A stretch of 64,000 nt of DNA from the human T2T-CHM13v2.0 reference genome, Homo sapiens. The notes below the pieces were generated by a model that saw nothing but the letters and a program-made list of their open reading frames with translations, made no database searches and was not told where the DNA came from. Every line of letters begins with the position of its first letter. The first letter of the stretch is position 1. Below, piece after piece: positions 1-14,809 of this stretch. The DNA is taken from NCBI RefSeq assembly GCF_009914755.1, contig NC_060929.1, one strand, 5' to 3'. The position numbers and the translations under genes were made by a program.

Positions 1-859
1 TTAATACACTCTATGCATACAAAGTATGCTAGAATGTATTCCAAACTGTGAGGAGGCTATTGTGGAGAAGGTGGTATGTGAAGTGATTGAAAGGAAATTT
101 CACATTCTTATTTAAGCGTACACCTGTATTTCATGAATTTTAGATTATTTTTAGAAACAGCCAAAAAAAAAAGAAAGAAAAAAGAAAAAACCAAAAAACC
201 GGAGGCATATTCAATTGTAGAAATGACCAAAAAAAAAAAAAAATTTGGAAGGGAGACTTGCATAGCAGAGGGAGAACATGCCAGAGGATACAAGTTCATG
301 AGTCTGGTTCTTCCACTTTGCTCCCAAATGGTTGAATGGTAGCCAGGATGGAACCCATTGTCTTCCTACTCTAACTCAAAATCTTCTCTCTTCCCACATC
401 CCCCAGTTTTTAACCTTGGCATAGTCCTGGAGGATTCTTCTTTTCCTTATTTACTTGCATTCTACATCCAACTAGCCTCAAAGTATCTTTCATGCATTGT
501 CATTCTTTCCTTTTTCTTTGTTATTCTTTTGTAATATGTTGTTCTGGCCTATTGGCGTGGCCTTCTTCCAAGTATCCATCTATTATACATTTGTACTCAC
601 GGCACAGTAATCCTTCTAAAACACAGAGGTAGTCCTTTTTGTTAGCCCTCAAGAGTCTACCTGATGTCGCCTCACCAATTCTGTCCTTTCCTACGCCCTA
701 CACAAGATTTCTTTCACTCCTTAGGCCATGCTTTGTACCTTTTCTCTTTCATTTTTTTATTCATAGGACTTGCTTCTCCATTTTTTTTTCTACTATGCAA
801 ACTCTTAAGGTATATTACTTCATGTTATAGTTATGGTGATTGTACTACTCTCCTTTTCT

Positions 860-1430
860 CATGCATTCATTCATAGTGTGACTTCTGGGTACCTGGTATC
901 GTGCTGGGTGCTGAAGATACAACAGACCACCACACCCCTGTCCCCTCCCCAGGCTTAGGCAAAGCCCAAGGAGGCAAGCAAATCATATTTTACAACTTGG
1001 GAGAAGCACTGGGGAGAGACCAAACATAATACCAGGAGAATAATAGCAATGATAGGGTGGGCACAAAAAGGAGGGTGTGGTTAGGAAAAGTCTGTTTGAG
1101 GAGTGACATTTAATTTGGACTTGAAGAGCATAAAGGAGCCAGCCATAGGATGTGGGGGGCAGGGGTGGGTGGGAAGAACATTCCAGGAAGATGGAATATC
1201 GCATAGAAGCAGATGTTCAAAGACCTTGGAGCAAGAAAATGCTTAGCTGTATAAAGGATCTGAAAGAGGAGTTTGGCTGGAGAAAGATGATTGAAAGGCA
1301 CAGTGGCAGAAGATGTTAGAAAAGTAGTAGCCTTAAAAGTTAGGAATTAAAAGTCATGTTATAAATTTTGATTTTATTCTGAGGGCAGTGGCGTGCTGTT
1401 GGAGGGTTTGAAGCAGGGAGGTGAGATTAT
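860..1430 (-). mobile_element. L2 (LINE-2) fragment
   Basis: Starts with TCATTCATTCA (reverse L2 tail), then gtgctgggtgctgaagataca and ggagggtttgaagcaggg; approximate boundaries. Confidence 0.65.
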
Positions 1431-2050
1431 AAATCCAGCTTTATCCCTTTCTGCTTTCCCCCTAGCACCTGTCACAACATCCTGCATATAATTGTTTCTC
1501 AGTAAGTACTTGTTGCATTATTGAATGCTGTGGCTGTGATTGATTATAGAATTAGCCACATGTCAGCATGGTATGAATTTAGTCCTCTTTATCAGTTTTT
1601 ATCCCGCAAGCTCGATAAGTTCATAAAAAGGTAACTTTCTTAGTAATCTCCTATTTTCAGTTCATTAATCACATACTGAATGATGGCTCTGGTTTTGCTT
1701 TAAAAAACAGACGTGATCTCTCTTAAGTATTCTGGATATTTGAACCTTCGTTTAAATCCCACTGAGAGGTTTTAATTTTTTTCTTTAACAAAAGAAGTTT
1801 GAATTTTTGACATCAAAAAAACCACAAAAGTGCTCCTGTCATCTGAACCAAAAGTATATGTATTTGTAGTGACTTAGAACATAAATGGTCCTTGGCAATT
1901 TGTAGATGAAGAAAATGAAGCCCAGAGAGTCTAAGTCCCTTGCGTGCAGTCATTCAGTTTGTTAATACTCGGATTTCCTGGGTTCCACCATGCCCTGCCA
2001 CGTTGCAACTCTCATTTTGCTGGGGTATTTCTCTTTTCCTAGATTTTTCC

Positions 2051-2694
<644 letters not shown>

Positions 2695-3502
2695 TAATAA
2701 TTATTAGCATTATTCTCTTTCAATAAAAGCTGCTTATTCGATTTTTAAGAAGATATAATTGAGAAGTTTCTCCTGTTTATGTTTTGTGAACAAGTAATAA
2801 TTACGAATCTCTTTATTACAAGTGACAGAAACCAAATTCAAAGTGGAGAATACTTGGTTTCCATAGTTAAGCTATGGGAAGTAGGGCTGGCAGTAGGTAC
2901 TACAGGGTCACAGCACTTCAGAACTTGCCTCTTCCTGGGAAAAGGCAGCAGTTTCTGTTTGCACCAGTGGATAAATGGAAAGGGGGAGCAATTCACTCTC
3001 ACATATAAGGAGGGCGCTGTTTCTCAGGGGAGGGATGCTGACACAAAGCAACAAATGTTGGCCCTACTTTAGAGAAAACAGTTATTTAGAATAGTAATCA
3101 TAGTGGCAAATATTTGTGTAGCACTTTGATATATTCCAAGTGCTTTCATCTTCACAAAAATCTTCTGGGCTCTCAGGAGGGACAGTCTGGCTAGAGACAA
3201 GTGAATAAGGTAAAGAGCAGTAGCAGCCAGGTCAGAGGGACATAGGGATTGCCACTTCATCAGGCAGAGACAGGGATGGATGGAGCAGAGGTCTGTCCAG
3301 ATCTAGAATCCCTGCTTTTGACCACGTAGTGTTTTATAGACCCCCTGTTATAATGACTCCTTTACTTTAGCTATGTATTGGATTTTTCCAAATGAATGTT
3401 ACTTCGGAGTTAAGTCTTCCAGATACAATAGATAAACAAGTTAGGTAGCAAGGTTTTAAGTTATTAATGGTTTTCTGGGTGGCTGCATTTGTGTACTGAT
3501 TT

Positions 3503-4130
3503 TGTAACTGGGTACCCCCATTTTTTTCTAAGAAAAGGGGAATGAGTTACTATTATTATTTTTTTTATTTTCCTTTCTGTTTTCCCCTTTTCCCCTGTCC
3601 CAACTTCCTACTAACCCCTATTGAAATGCAAATAGAACCTTTTACCTCTCTTTCACCAGACACTTCCGGTAGGGCAAGTTCATTTTACTACGTAAATCAA
3701 GTCAACAGTTGATTTATAAACCAAAGCATGCCCACTGTGGAACTCTTACCCACCAGGAGGTTACCTCTAGTACTACTACTTACGAAGTAAGTAAGCACTC
3801 TCTACGTTAGTAAGTATTACTATGCTGCTGTCTCCCATTTGGGGAGTTTTTGGCCTAGTCCTGCCCACAGGGTGCCAGTAGTCATCCACTTGACCACCCA
3901 GTAGATAAGGCACCGGAGCTAGTGTGTGGAACTCCCTACCCTTGCTCACCTCTCCTGCCTTTTAGAAGTGTCCACTTCTGCTGTAAAAGTGAAGTAGTAC
4001 CCTTTAAGCAGGAAGCCTGTACTCCTTCCCTTAAGCTAGTTTTGGAATAAATCTCTTTCTTTATGCCATACCTTGCTCCTGTTAATTGGACTTTGTAAAC
4101 AGCAAGTGAGTAACCTGCATTTTAGTTACA
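3503..4130 (+). mobile_element. ERV1-class solo LTR (subfamily unassigned)
   Basis: TGTAAC...GTTACA termini, 4-bp TSD ATTT (3499-3502, 4131-4134), AATAAA at 4046-4051. Confidence 0.85.
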
Positions 4131-4141
4131 ATTTGTTATTA

Positions 4142-4270
4142 TTTTTTCTTCATAAAGACGGGGTCTCACTATATTGGCCAGGCTGGTTTTGAACTTCTGG
4201 CCTCAACCAGTCCTCCTGACTTGGCCTCCCAATGTGCTGGGTTTACAGGTGTAAGCCACCATGCTTGGCC
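4142..4270 (-). mobile_element. FLAM / free left Alu monomer
   Basis: Single Alu left arm ending cttggcc with a short T tail. Confidence 0.85.
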
Positions 4271-4289
4271 TGCCCTGACTTCTTTAATA

Positions 4290-4720
4290 AACTTCTTTAA
4301 AAATACCTGTGATGTTCTAGGCCTGGTACTGAGTATGTAGGATTAAAAGTTGAACAGGGTATTGTCATTGCCCAGGAGAGACTACCAGGTATTTGGGAAG
4401 ACGGATATGTGAACAGATGATTATAGCAATGGGGTAATTGCTAAGGAAACTCTATTCTAAGATGATGGGAGGACAGAAGGCAGGGAGTATGTCTAGGGGT
4501 AAGTCAAATAAAACTTCCTGAAAGAGACAACATTTGGATCAAGGGTTGAAGAGTATTTAAGGTTTAGTGCCTTTTCTAGGACTTTGGGTTGGTGGATGGA
4601 AGAAGAATGCTACAAGCAAGGGATGTAGTGTGTGCACAGGCCAGCCGAAGGTCATGATGATGTCACCGGAGCACAGGATGTGGGTGGAGACCTGAGGGTG
4701 GTGTGAAAATGTTGTGAGGG
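4290..4720 (-). mobile_element. L2 fragment
   Basis: Degenerate antisense L2 motifs (aggcctggtactgag; aaacttcctgaaagagacaacatttgga). Confidence 0.55.
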
Positions 4721-5179
4721 GGAGCATGAAACTGTCTCCTCACCCCAGAGTCCACTGTAAAATTATAACATACATGTTGATAGTTGAGTTCTAGAATGCT
4801 TGATAAAAGTTGGAATCAGATTTTTATAATTATGCCTCCCCTCTCAAGGACCCAACTTCTGTTTGGAGTCCATTTTGCCATTCAGTTAACATGTAAGAGA
4901 AGCGACTGAGGAAATTTTATTCGAATTCCACAATGCTGGATTTTAACTTGGCTCAAAATCTTGGGTCACTTCAGGATATTTTGGGTTTTGAGAGGCCAGC
5001 CTGCTAGCTTTATTTTAGGACTGTTGCTATAGAAAGCATTTTTCACAATTTTCAGCAATTTCTACCTGTGTATCAGTAAACCCTGAATTGGAGCTCTGCC
5101 GGGGTACTTTGGTAACATTCTTTCCCCTTAAAAATGGAAGCAGAAATCAAATACTAGGAGCCATTTTCCCTTTGTCCTT

Positions 5180-5666
5180 GTTGTGGTTTCCTACTGTTGC
5201 TGTAACAGATCAGTGCAAATTTAGTTACTTAAACAACACAATTTACTTTCTTCTTGTTCTGGAGGTCAGAAGTCCGAAATCCATTTCACTGTGCTGAAGT
5301 CAAAGTGTTGGCAGGGCTGGTTCCTTCTGGACACTCTGAAGGGAAAATCCATGTTCCTGGCTTTTTCAGTGTTGAGTGGCTGCCAGCATTCCATGGCTCA
5401 TAGCCCCTTCCTCCATCTATAAGACACATCACTCCAATCTCTGCTTCTGGTACCACATCACCTTCTCCTTCACAGACTCCTCCTGCACCCCTGTGATAGG
5501 CACTCTTGGGATGATACCAGGCCCACCTGGATGATCCAGGATCATCTCCCCACCTCAAGGTCCTTAACTTGATCATATCTGCAAAGTCCCTTTTGTCACA
5601 GGAGGTAATGCAGGTCCAGGGATCAGGTCAAGGACATTTCTGGAGGCCACTATTCAGCTTTCCACA
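5180..5666 (-). mobile_element. MaLR LTR, MLT1D-like
   Basis: gttctggaggtcagaagtccgaaat; gtgttggcagggctggttccttctgg; ccttaacttgatcatatctgcaaagtcccttttg; ends CCACA. Confidence 0.85.
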
Positions 5667-6744
5667 GACCCCTACCAGTTTATGCATCCATAAACTTTGG
5701 TGGCAGCAGCTCTGGTACCTTCTCAATCACATTGATGCTGCACACATTTCAGTAGTTGAAGTTTTGTGTACTTTTTGTCTAATTTGCATCTAAATGCTTT
5801 TGAATTTACCATACAGAACCATGCAAACAAGGAATTCAGTGATCTAAATTTAATATCATTGTTTGTTAGAGTTTCTTAAGACTTGCTTGACAGTGAGGGT
5901 AATATTTAGCATAAAGTTGCCTTAGCAAGTTTAAAGAAAGAAAACATTTATTTTTAAAGAGCTAGAGTGATTGATCTCCCATGATGTCCTGTGATGTCTT
6001 TATTGTATTTTCAGGACACCTTCTCTGCTTTATATTCCTGTTGTTTGTGTACATGATTTGTCTATTAGACTGTAAGCTTCTTGGGGATGGGGCCCTTTTC
6101 TGATTTATCAGTCTATTTCATAGAGCACATAACACACCTGAAATATGATTAGATGCTTTGCATGTATTAACTTTTTAAATGCTCACAAGAAACCCATGAG
6201 ACAGAGACTCAGAGGATATATAATTTGCCCAAAATTAGACAACTAATAAGATACAGTGCTGATACTCAAACATACTCTGACTCCTGCGCCCATGCTTTTT
6301 CCAACTCTATTATGCTCCTTTTGACTACTGCACTCTTTGCTGAATGAATTATAATTATTGCTTTTTAGCTAGCACAGCACTTTTACATACCTCATTAGAT
6401 GCCCATTAAAAAAAAGACAGGCAACTATCACTTGCTTCTTTATTTTAGAAATAAGCAAACAGGGTGAAAATGGTCGATATGTCCATTTATTCACTCATTC
6501 AGTCTCTGATTATGCAGGCATTCACTAAACTTCTATGAGGTGCCAAGCCTGGAGGATGCCTTGGGAAACAGTGGTAGACAGGGAGAGAAGTCTGTTCCCT
6601 CAGGGAGCTTATGATGCTACAGGGAACACAGCATTACCTGGGCCAGTTCTGCTCCAAAGGAGAAGTAGAGTGTTTTGTAGAAACAGACAATAGGGGATTC
6701 AATCTGGGTCATCACAAATGCTTTGCTGTCCAGGTTATATTAAT

Positions 6745-7110
6745 CAATGCACTTTTGGTTTCCAGTAACAGAAACTGTATTCAAAAAAGTGAAAACTTTT
6801 GGCTAGGTATTGACTTACATTGCTGAAAAAAGTTTCTGGATGTTAACTAGCTTCTGACTAGGTTCAGAAATTTATATGATGTTATTAGAACTCTATTGGA
6901 TTTATTCTTCACAGATTATCCTACTTGATTACAAAGGTGGCAATTGGGCAGTGATATGCCTTTATTTTTCTTAATGATAGAGACCCAGGAATATAGGACG
7001 GCAATTCTTTCTTGATAACTCCAAAAAACATAGTTCCTTAGGGGGACTCAGTCTGGCCCTGTTTGGACCACATGTCCAAATATCACTATGGCCAAGGGTT
7101 CAGAGTACAT
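6745..7110 (-). mobile_element. Old MaLR LTR (MLT1J/K-like)
   Basis: ttggtttccagtaacagaaac start typical of antisense MLT1J/K/L; degenerate. Confidence 0.5.
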
Positions 7111-7290
7111 TGGACAAGTCAGTTTGCCCCCTTTGAGCCTCATTTTCCTTATCTGCAGAATATGAATAACAGTTATCATCCTCTTCACAGCTTTACTGTG
7201 GGAAATAAATGAGACAATGTGTGTATGTATTGAACACAGAGACTGGCACAAAACAGACACTGGATAAATATGGTTATTTTCATAATTATC
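7110..7290 (+). mobile_element. MIR
   Basis: gagcctcattttccttatctg core; ctggcaca...ataaatatggttatt tail. Confidence 0.75.
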
Positions 7291-7609
7291 AAAGGTGGTA
7301 TTATAAAATCCTTAGGATGGAAGAAACCACAGAGGTGAAGTCCATCTCCAGTCTTCCTTTAACCCTTACTAGCTGAGTACTACCAAAGCACTTTGATTGG
7401 CAAGACTGGGTCCTTTCCGCAACACCCCCCACCCCCGCCCCACCTCCAGCCCCCTCAGCTTCACTATGCAGGAAGCAGAGCCTTGTACTTGACTTTGGAA
7501 GAGGATAGTTTTCTGAAAAGCAAATTTTCTGATATTTTTCGGGCAAAATGTCTGCTCATCTTATGAGACAAAACTAACAGATATTCCTTATAGACTCACA
7601 GAGTTAGTA

Positions 7610-9209
<1,600 letters not shown>

Positions 9210-9989
9210 TAATTGGAAGAGAAGAGAATAAAACCCAGAATTTCTAACTTAGCCACTTTTGTCCCCCCATACAGCAGTGCTAAAAGGGCTACCAGTTGTG
9301 TGAACATTCAGTATTTAAAATATAAATAAACGTATTGTTAACACGGAAATGCCAGAGCCTACGCATCTAATTTTATTACCTCAGGAGGTTATAAGGCTAC
9401 ACGTTTATTTTTAAGCTATTGCAACCACTGTTTAAAATGCATTTGGAACAGTTTTGGTTTAGCCTTCATCTCCAGACCCATTTCAAGGTATATTCTAAAA
9501 TTGCTTTTACTATTTTATTATCAGGTCTCTAACAAGTCTTCCTACTTGATTATTACTTTTTTCTCCGACTCTATCTGATTCTGAAACATATTACTAAAAG
9601 AGCTAGAGTTTGTGAGCATATTTTATAAACCTTAAAGAATTATACTAACAGAAGTTGCTACTTTATGTCTTTGGCAATAGTCACTCAAAAATGAATTACT
9701 TCTTCAGATACAAGCTTTTCCACCATTAAGAATTTCTGAAATAAAGGGCCAGGGCCTTTGAAGCCAATTCTAAAAGAAGATCTCTCAAAATAAATTGAAT
9801 TTTGTTGGGAAAATTGTATTGCCATCTCTGTTGGAATAAGACTCTGTGATCTCTACTGGAATGTATGTTTACTCTCATATTTTACATTCTCCATATATAT
9901 TTTATTCATGCCTGATAAAACCAAATTGTCAAAACTTGAGCACTGGTTCCATATTTTAATTTTTAAAAATATTTATCCACGTGCAGACT

Positions 9990-10253
9990 CCACTTTGGGA
10001 GGCTGAAGCAGGTGAATCACTTAAGTTGAGGAGTCCAAGACCAGCCTGAGCAACATGGCAAAACTCCATCTTACAAAAAGTACAAAAATTAGCCATGTGT
10101 GATGGTGCATTCCTGTGCTCCCATCTGCTTGGAAGGCTGAGGTGGGAGAATTGCTAGAGCCTGAGAGGCTGAGGCTGCAGTGAACTGTGATCCTGCCATT
10201 GCACTCTAGTCTGGGTGATGGAGCGATACGCTGTCCAAAAAAAACAAAAAAAA
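9990..10253 (+). mobile_element. AluJ, 5'-truncated
   Basis: Begins cactttgggaggctga; gaggctgcagtga; A tail. Confidence 0.9.
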
Positions 10254-10259
10254 TGATTT

Positions 10260-10770
10260 TATTCAGAACTTTTTGAAATCTATTTTGTTGTTGTAAACCT
10301 AGTATGTTGTTTCCACACTGTGCTCTGTAATAAGTATCTTATATTGTACTTATTTGTTTTCTCACTATTTTCATCTTACCTTAAAAAATGTTGTCTGTGT
10401 TGACCATCCTGCACATGTTCCCTTATAAACCTCTTGAGAATCTATGTGAGAAACTTTGTGGACCAGATAATGAAATGTTAGCCTCCTGGGCCATAGCACA
10501 TATTTATATCTAATATGTCTGAAAATGGCCAGACTGACCTTCAGAATAGCTGTTCAAATTGACAGTCCCCTCAGTAATTCTTGCCCTCCTGCATCCTTGC
10601 CAACACTTGGTATGATGTGATTTTTCATATTTGCTTTTGTAGTGGGTATGAAGGGATATCATATTTTAATTTTTTAAATTTGTATTTTTTTATTAAGAGG
10701 AAATCTGAGTACTTTCTCATATCTACTGGACACTCAGGTTTCCTCTTTTATGATTTTCCCATCTATATAA
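10260..10770 (-). mobile_element. Old L1M (L1ME-like) fragment
   Basis: gcatccttgccaacacttggtat and related antisense motifs of the ORF2 3' end. Confidence 0.6.
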
Positions 10771-12096
10771 ACTTTGGGGCAATTTTTAACAATTTTAAAA
10801 GGACACACATTAATTCACTGAAAAAAATGTTATTCTTAGACTTGCAGGAATTAAGACACTAGAATAAACCTAGAAAATCTCTTAGTAGATTTGGATGATA
10901 CGTCCATTTTTTTTTCTAAATGCACAGGAACAGTGTAAACAAATTCTGGATTATCTGTTTCTCCATCTGATTATAGCATGGAAGATTAGCTCATTGCATG
11001 ACACCAAGTTCTTTCCCCTAAACAGCTTGACATGGCCACTTTTTAAAAAGACACTGGGGAAGCTTTGTGGTCTTTAGAGCCATATTGTGTTGTCTACATA
11101 TCTGAGTAAATTGTATGTGCTCCAACAGGATTTGATTTCAAATAGTTAGAAAATACTGTCTTTGTGGAGCCAATTAAAGTAGTGACATAGATGGTGTATT
11201 CTTTTTCTTTCTCTGTAGCGGAACTCCTGTCAGAGTTCCTGTATCTTAATTGGCTCTATTTGAAAGGAAAATTCGAAATCCCCTGCTGCAGTATAAATGT
11301 ACTTATTTATCCCTGAATTTCCATCTGGTGCCTTCACGACTGCTGAGAATTACTTGTCTTGCTGCTCTTTGGAAATGAGATGCAGTGGCATTTGAATTGA
11401 TGAGAGCACCAGCACCTCAGATGAGGTGGCATTCCATAATGATGGCAGGTGGAATGCAGTTTCATTAGGTGCAAAGGTGAAAGCATGATTTCCAGAAATA
11501 CACAGTTGAATATGAATGATTTAGTCAATTAAAATTGATTTCTAGCAGTGATTCTCAAACTTTTTGTATTCGTAATACACTTTGGAATAAAGAAATTTTT
11601 TTGACCTCTCATTTGATGGGAATAAAAGACCCCAAAGGACTCTGAGAAATATAACACTCTATGATATAGCGAGTCTGACATTATCAAAATGTCTCTCACA
11701 CTTTGTACAAGCACTTGTAATTATCACACCACTGACTTGGTCATTCTTCAGCACAGTGCTACAGTTTGAGTATTAAGGTTCACCATGCTGTCTTATTTTT
11801 CCCCTGTTTGTGTGTTTAAGCTTGTATTATGTGTTCAGTTTCTTTCAGAAGTCAAGTGAGACTTTCAATTTTATTTAAATGATGGAATTTTAGGCTTAGA
11901 AATCACTATAGACATCATCTGGCCTGATCTTTGTAGAGAAGTCAGGTTTCCTAAAAGTCAAGAAGCAGTTTTAATCAGTTTCTTAGGTTTTAGGAAATTA
12001 TCAAAAAGGAAATATCCCCTTGCTATGTTTTTGTTGAAGATTTTTTTGGTAAATAAGACATGGAGTCATATGGGTCTCCCGACTTCAGGTCCTTTG

Positions 12097-12184
12097 GGGA
12101 TTCCCATCACACCTCACAAACCCTTGCACGGAAGGACACAGGGATTCCTATCACACCTCGCAAACCCTCACAGGGAAGGACATG
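12097..12184. repeat. 44-bp tandem duplication (2 copies)
   Basis: 12097-12140 vs 12141-12184, 37/44 identical. Confidence 0.9.
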
Positions 12185-12275
12185 GGAAGACGGAAATCTT
12201 TGGTATGATTCTTAGTCTATGTCTTGATATTTTACAAACCACATTTTAACCAAATAGGTATTTTCAATTACTCTT

Positions 12276-12570
12276 TTTTGAAACAAGGTCTTACTCTGTC
12301 ACTGTGGCTGGAGTGCAGTGGCATGATCATGGCCCAATGCACCCTTGACCTCCTGAGTACCAGCGATCCTGCCACCTCAGCCTCCTGAGTAGCTGGGACT
12401 GTAGGCATGCACTACTATGCCTGGCTAATTTTTTTGTTTTTTGTATTTTTTGTAGAGACGGGGTTTTGCTATGTTGCCCAGGCTGGCCCTAAACTCCCAG
12501 ATTCAAGTGATCAGCCCACCTCGGCCTCCCAAAGTGCTAGGATTATAGGCATGAGCCACTGTGCCTGGCC
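12276..12570 (-). mobile_element. AluJ
   Basis: Full dimer; TSD attttcaatta(c/t)tctt at 12260-12275 and 12572-12587. Confidence 0.93.
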
Positions 12571-12820
12571 CATTTTCAATTATTCTTAATCTTTGTATTC
12601 TTCAAACTACTTGATCATTAAGGTCAGTCCAGGACATCATCCTAGGAAAAGAAAGACTAGGAGAGAGTATAGTTAGTGGCCACCCTTTCATCCCATGAAA
12701 TGCAGAGATTCCTTATGGTTTGTCTTGAAACAGGGGTCTTATGGAGGGAAGGGCAGAGTGGATGGAGTAACTACAGGTTTTCCACATTCATTTCAATCAC
12801 AGCCATACTTTTTCATTTTT

Positions 12821-13122
12821 CTTTTCTTTTTTTTTTTTTTTGAGACAAAATCTTGCTCTGTTTCCCAGGCGGAGTGCAGCAGCACGATCTCAGCTCACCG
12901 CAACCTCTGCCTCCTGGGTTCAAGTGATTCTCCTGCTTCAGCCTCCTGAGTAGCTGGGATTAGAGGCACCCACCACCATGCCTAGCTAATTTTTGTATTT
13001 TCAGTAGAGACAGCGTTTTGTCATGTTAGCCAGGCTGGTCTCGAACTCCTGACCTCAGGTGATCTGCCCGCCTTGACTTCTCAAAGTGCTGGGATTACAG
13101 GCATAAGCCACCACACCCGGCC
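12821..13122 (-). mobile_element. AluSx/Sz
   Basis: Full dimer, cctgacctcaggtgatc; TSD-like tcattttt flanks. Confidence 0.93.
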
Positions 13123-13404
13123 TCATTTTTATTTTTCTTAATATACATTTGGCTTTCATGAAAGATTCCATTTTAAAAAGAATTTGGCTGCTACAAAAAA
13201 TTTGAAACAAAACAAAACAAAACAAAAAAAACACTTCTAAACCTAAATCACTCCTAAACCTCCTTTAGAAAGAAGTTGAAGAAATACAGACTAGTTCATT
13301 ATTAGTAGTAATTTCAGTAACTGTCTCAGGGGGGTGACAGCAAACCTTTTATATGGTAAGAGTTCTTATACTGAAAAGGAGTTTTTTCCCTAAATGTTCT
13401 AAGG

Positions 13405-13732
13405 CAGGGGGTCTCTAAAACCCAGACTGTAGAATGGCCTGTTATGAGCCGGGCTGCACAGCAAGACGTGAGCAGGGGGCAAATGAGCATCACTGCCTGA
13501 GCTCTGCCTCTTGTCAGATCAGCGGTGGCATTAGATTCTTACAGGAGCATGAACCCTATTGTGAACTGCGCATGTGAGGGACCTAGGTTGTGTGCTCCTT
13601 ATGAGAATCTAATGCCTGATGATCTGAGGTGGAACAGTTCATCACCAAACCATCCCCCTCTTTACCCTGGTCAGTGGAAAAATTGTCTTCCATGAAACCA
13701 GTCCCTGGTGCTAAAAAGGTTGGGGACTGCTG
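13405..13732 (+). mobile_element. MER1B (hAT-Charlie)
   Basis: CAGGGG...ggttggggactgCTG termini; internal gcattagattct...agaatctaatgc inverted repeat; 8-bp TSD ttctaagg/ttgtaaga. Confidence 0.88.
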
Positions 13733-14809
13733 TTGTAAGAGATTGGGAAAAAAAATGATGCATAAGGAGATAGGTTTCAGCTCCACTCAAATAAGAATTG
13801 CCTAAAATCAGAGGATTCATCTGGAACTAGAATGACTCGGTGGAGGGGAGAGGGAGAGCTTGTTACCTGTCTGAACTTCACTTCTGCCATGTGAAAATTG
13901 GGAAATAAGTATCTATTTTTCTGAAGCAACTTGAAGATTAAATGACACAATAAATGTAAATCATGCATGTATGTGCTATATGTACAGAAGAGAATTCTAT
14001 AATTGTGAGTGCCTTTGGCGGGAAATTTAGTGTTCCACTTCATACACTATTAAAGCTTGGGAGAGCTTTACAAAGAAGGACGAATGACAGAAATATCAAC
14101 AGAATTTAAAGGACTTTTTAAAGTTGCAAGTGATACAGACCTAAAATATAAATAAGTTGGTGGTTTACTTGAATTCATGGATGACTCATGATTAAGTGGA
14201 ACTTGCATCATACTAAAATTCTGGGCTTCTGTGACCTGTGGGGCTTCTCTTGATAACAGATAATCTAGCTGGCAATGACTGATTTGGCCTAGTACAGAAT
14301 TCCCATATCCTTAAGAGTGAGGATCTAAAAAGGAATTTTTTTTTTTTTTACAAACTCTGAAAGCATAGTCACTGCAAGTATTCTGTATTTGTCATAGTGG
14401 GAATTAATGGAACATGATGAAATTAAACAACCTAGAATAAAAGAGATTAATTGTCCTCAATTAATAGTAAAACACTTGTTCACTTTGGAATTAATTTATG
14501 CTGAAAATAACATTGCAGCACTATCAGACATTTCCCTGTCTAGATCTCCAATTCCAGGAAAGTGGAAGCTCGCCTAAAGCATTCTCTTCCCTTTGTGGAA
14601 ATGAGTATGTATTTTGAACACGATATGTGGTAGTAACAAAGCTACAGGAACAATCTACAGCTATATGTATGCAAGAGGAAACAAGAAAGGTTGAACATGG
14701 AGAGAAGGAGTGGGTTTAGCATGATTCGTTGGTCTTCCCTCCTCATGATGTCCACTGTATGGCTCCAGGCCATGCCATTACATAGCTTAGATCTTTAAGA
14801 TATTTGCTG

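Noticed and set aside
12097-12184. CRISPR-like repeat
   Set aside because: Only two adjacent copies, no spacers, no cas genes, and a human genomic context
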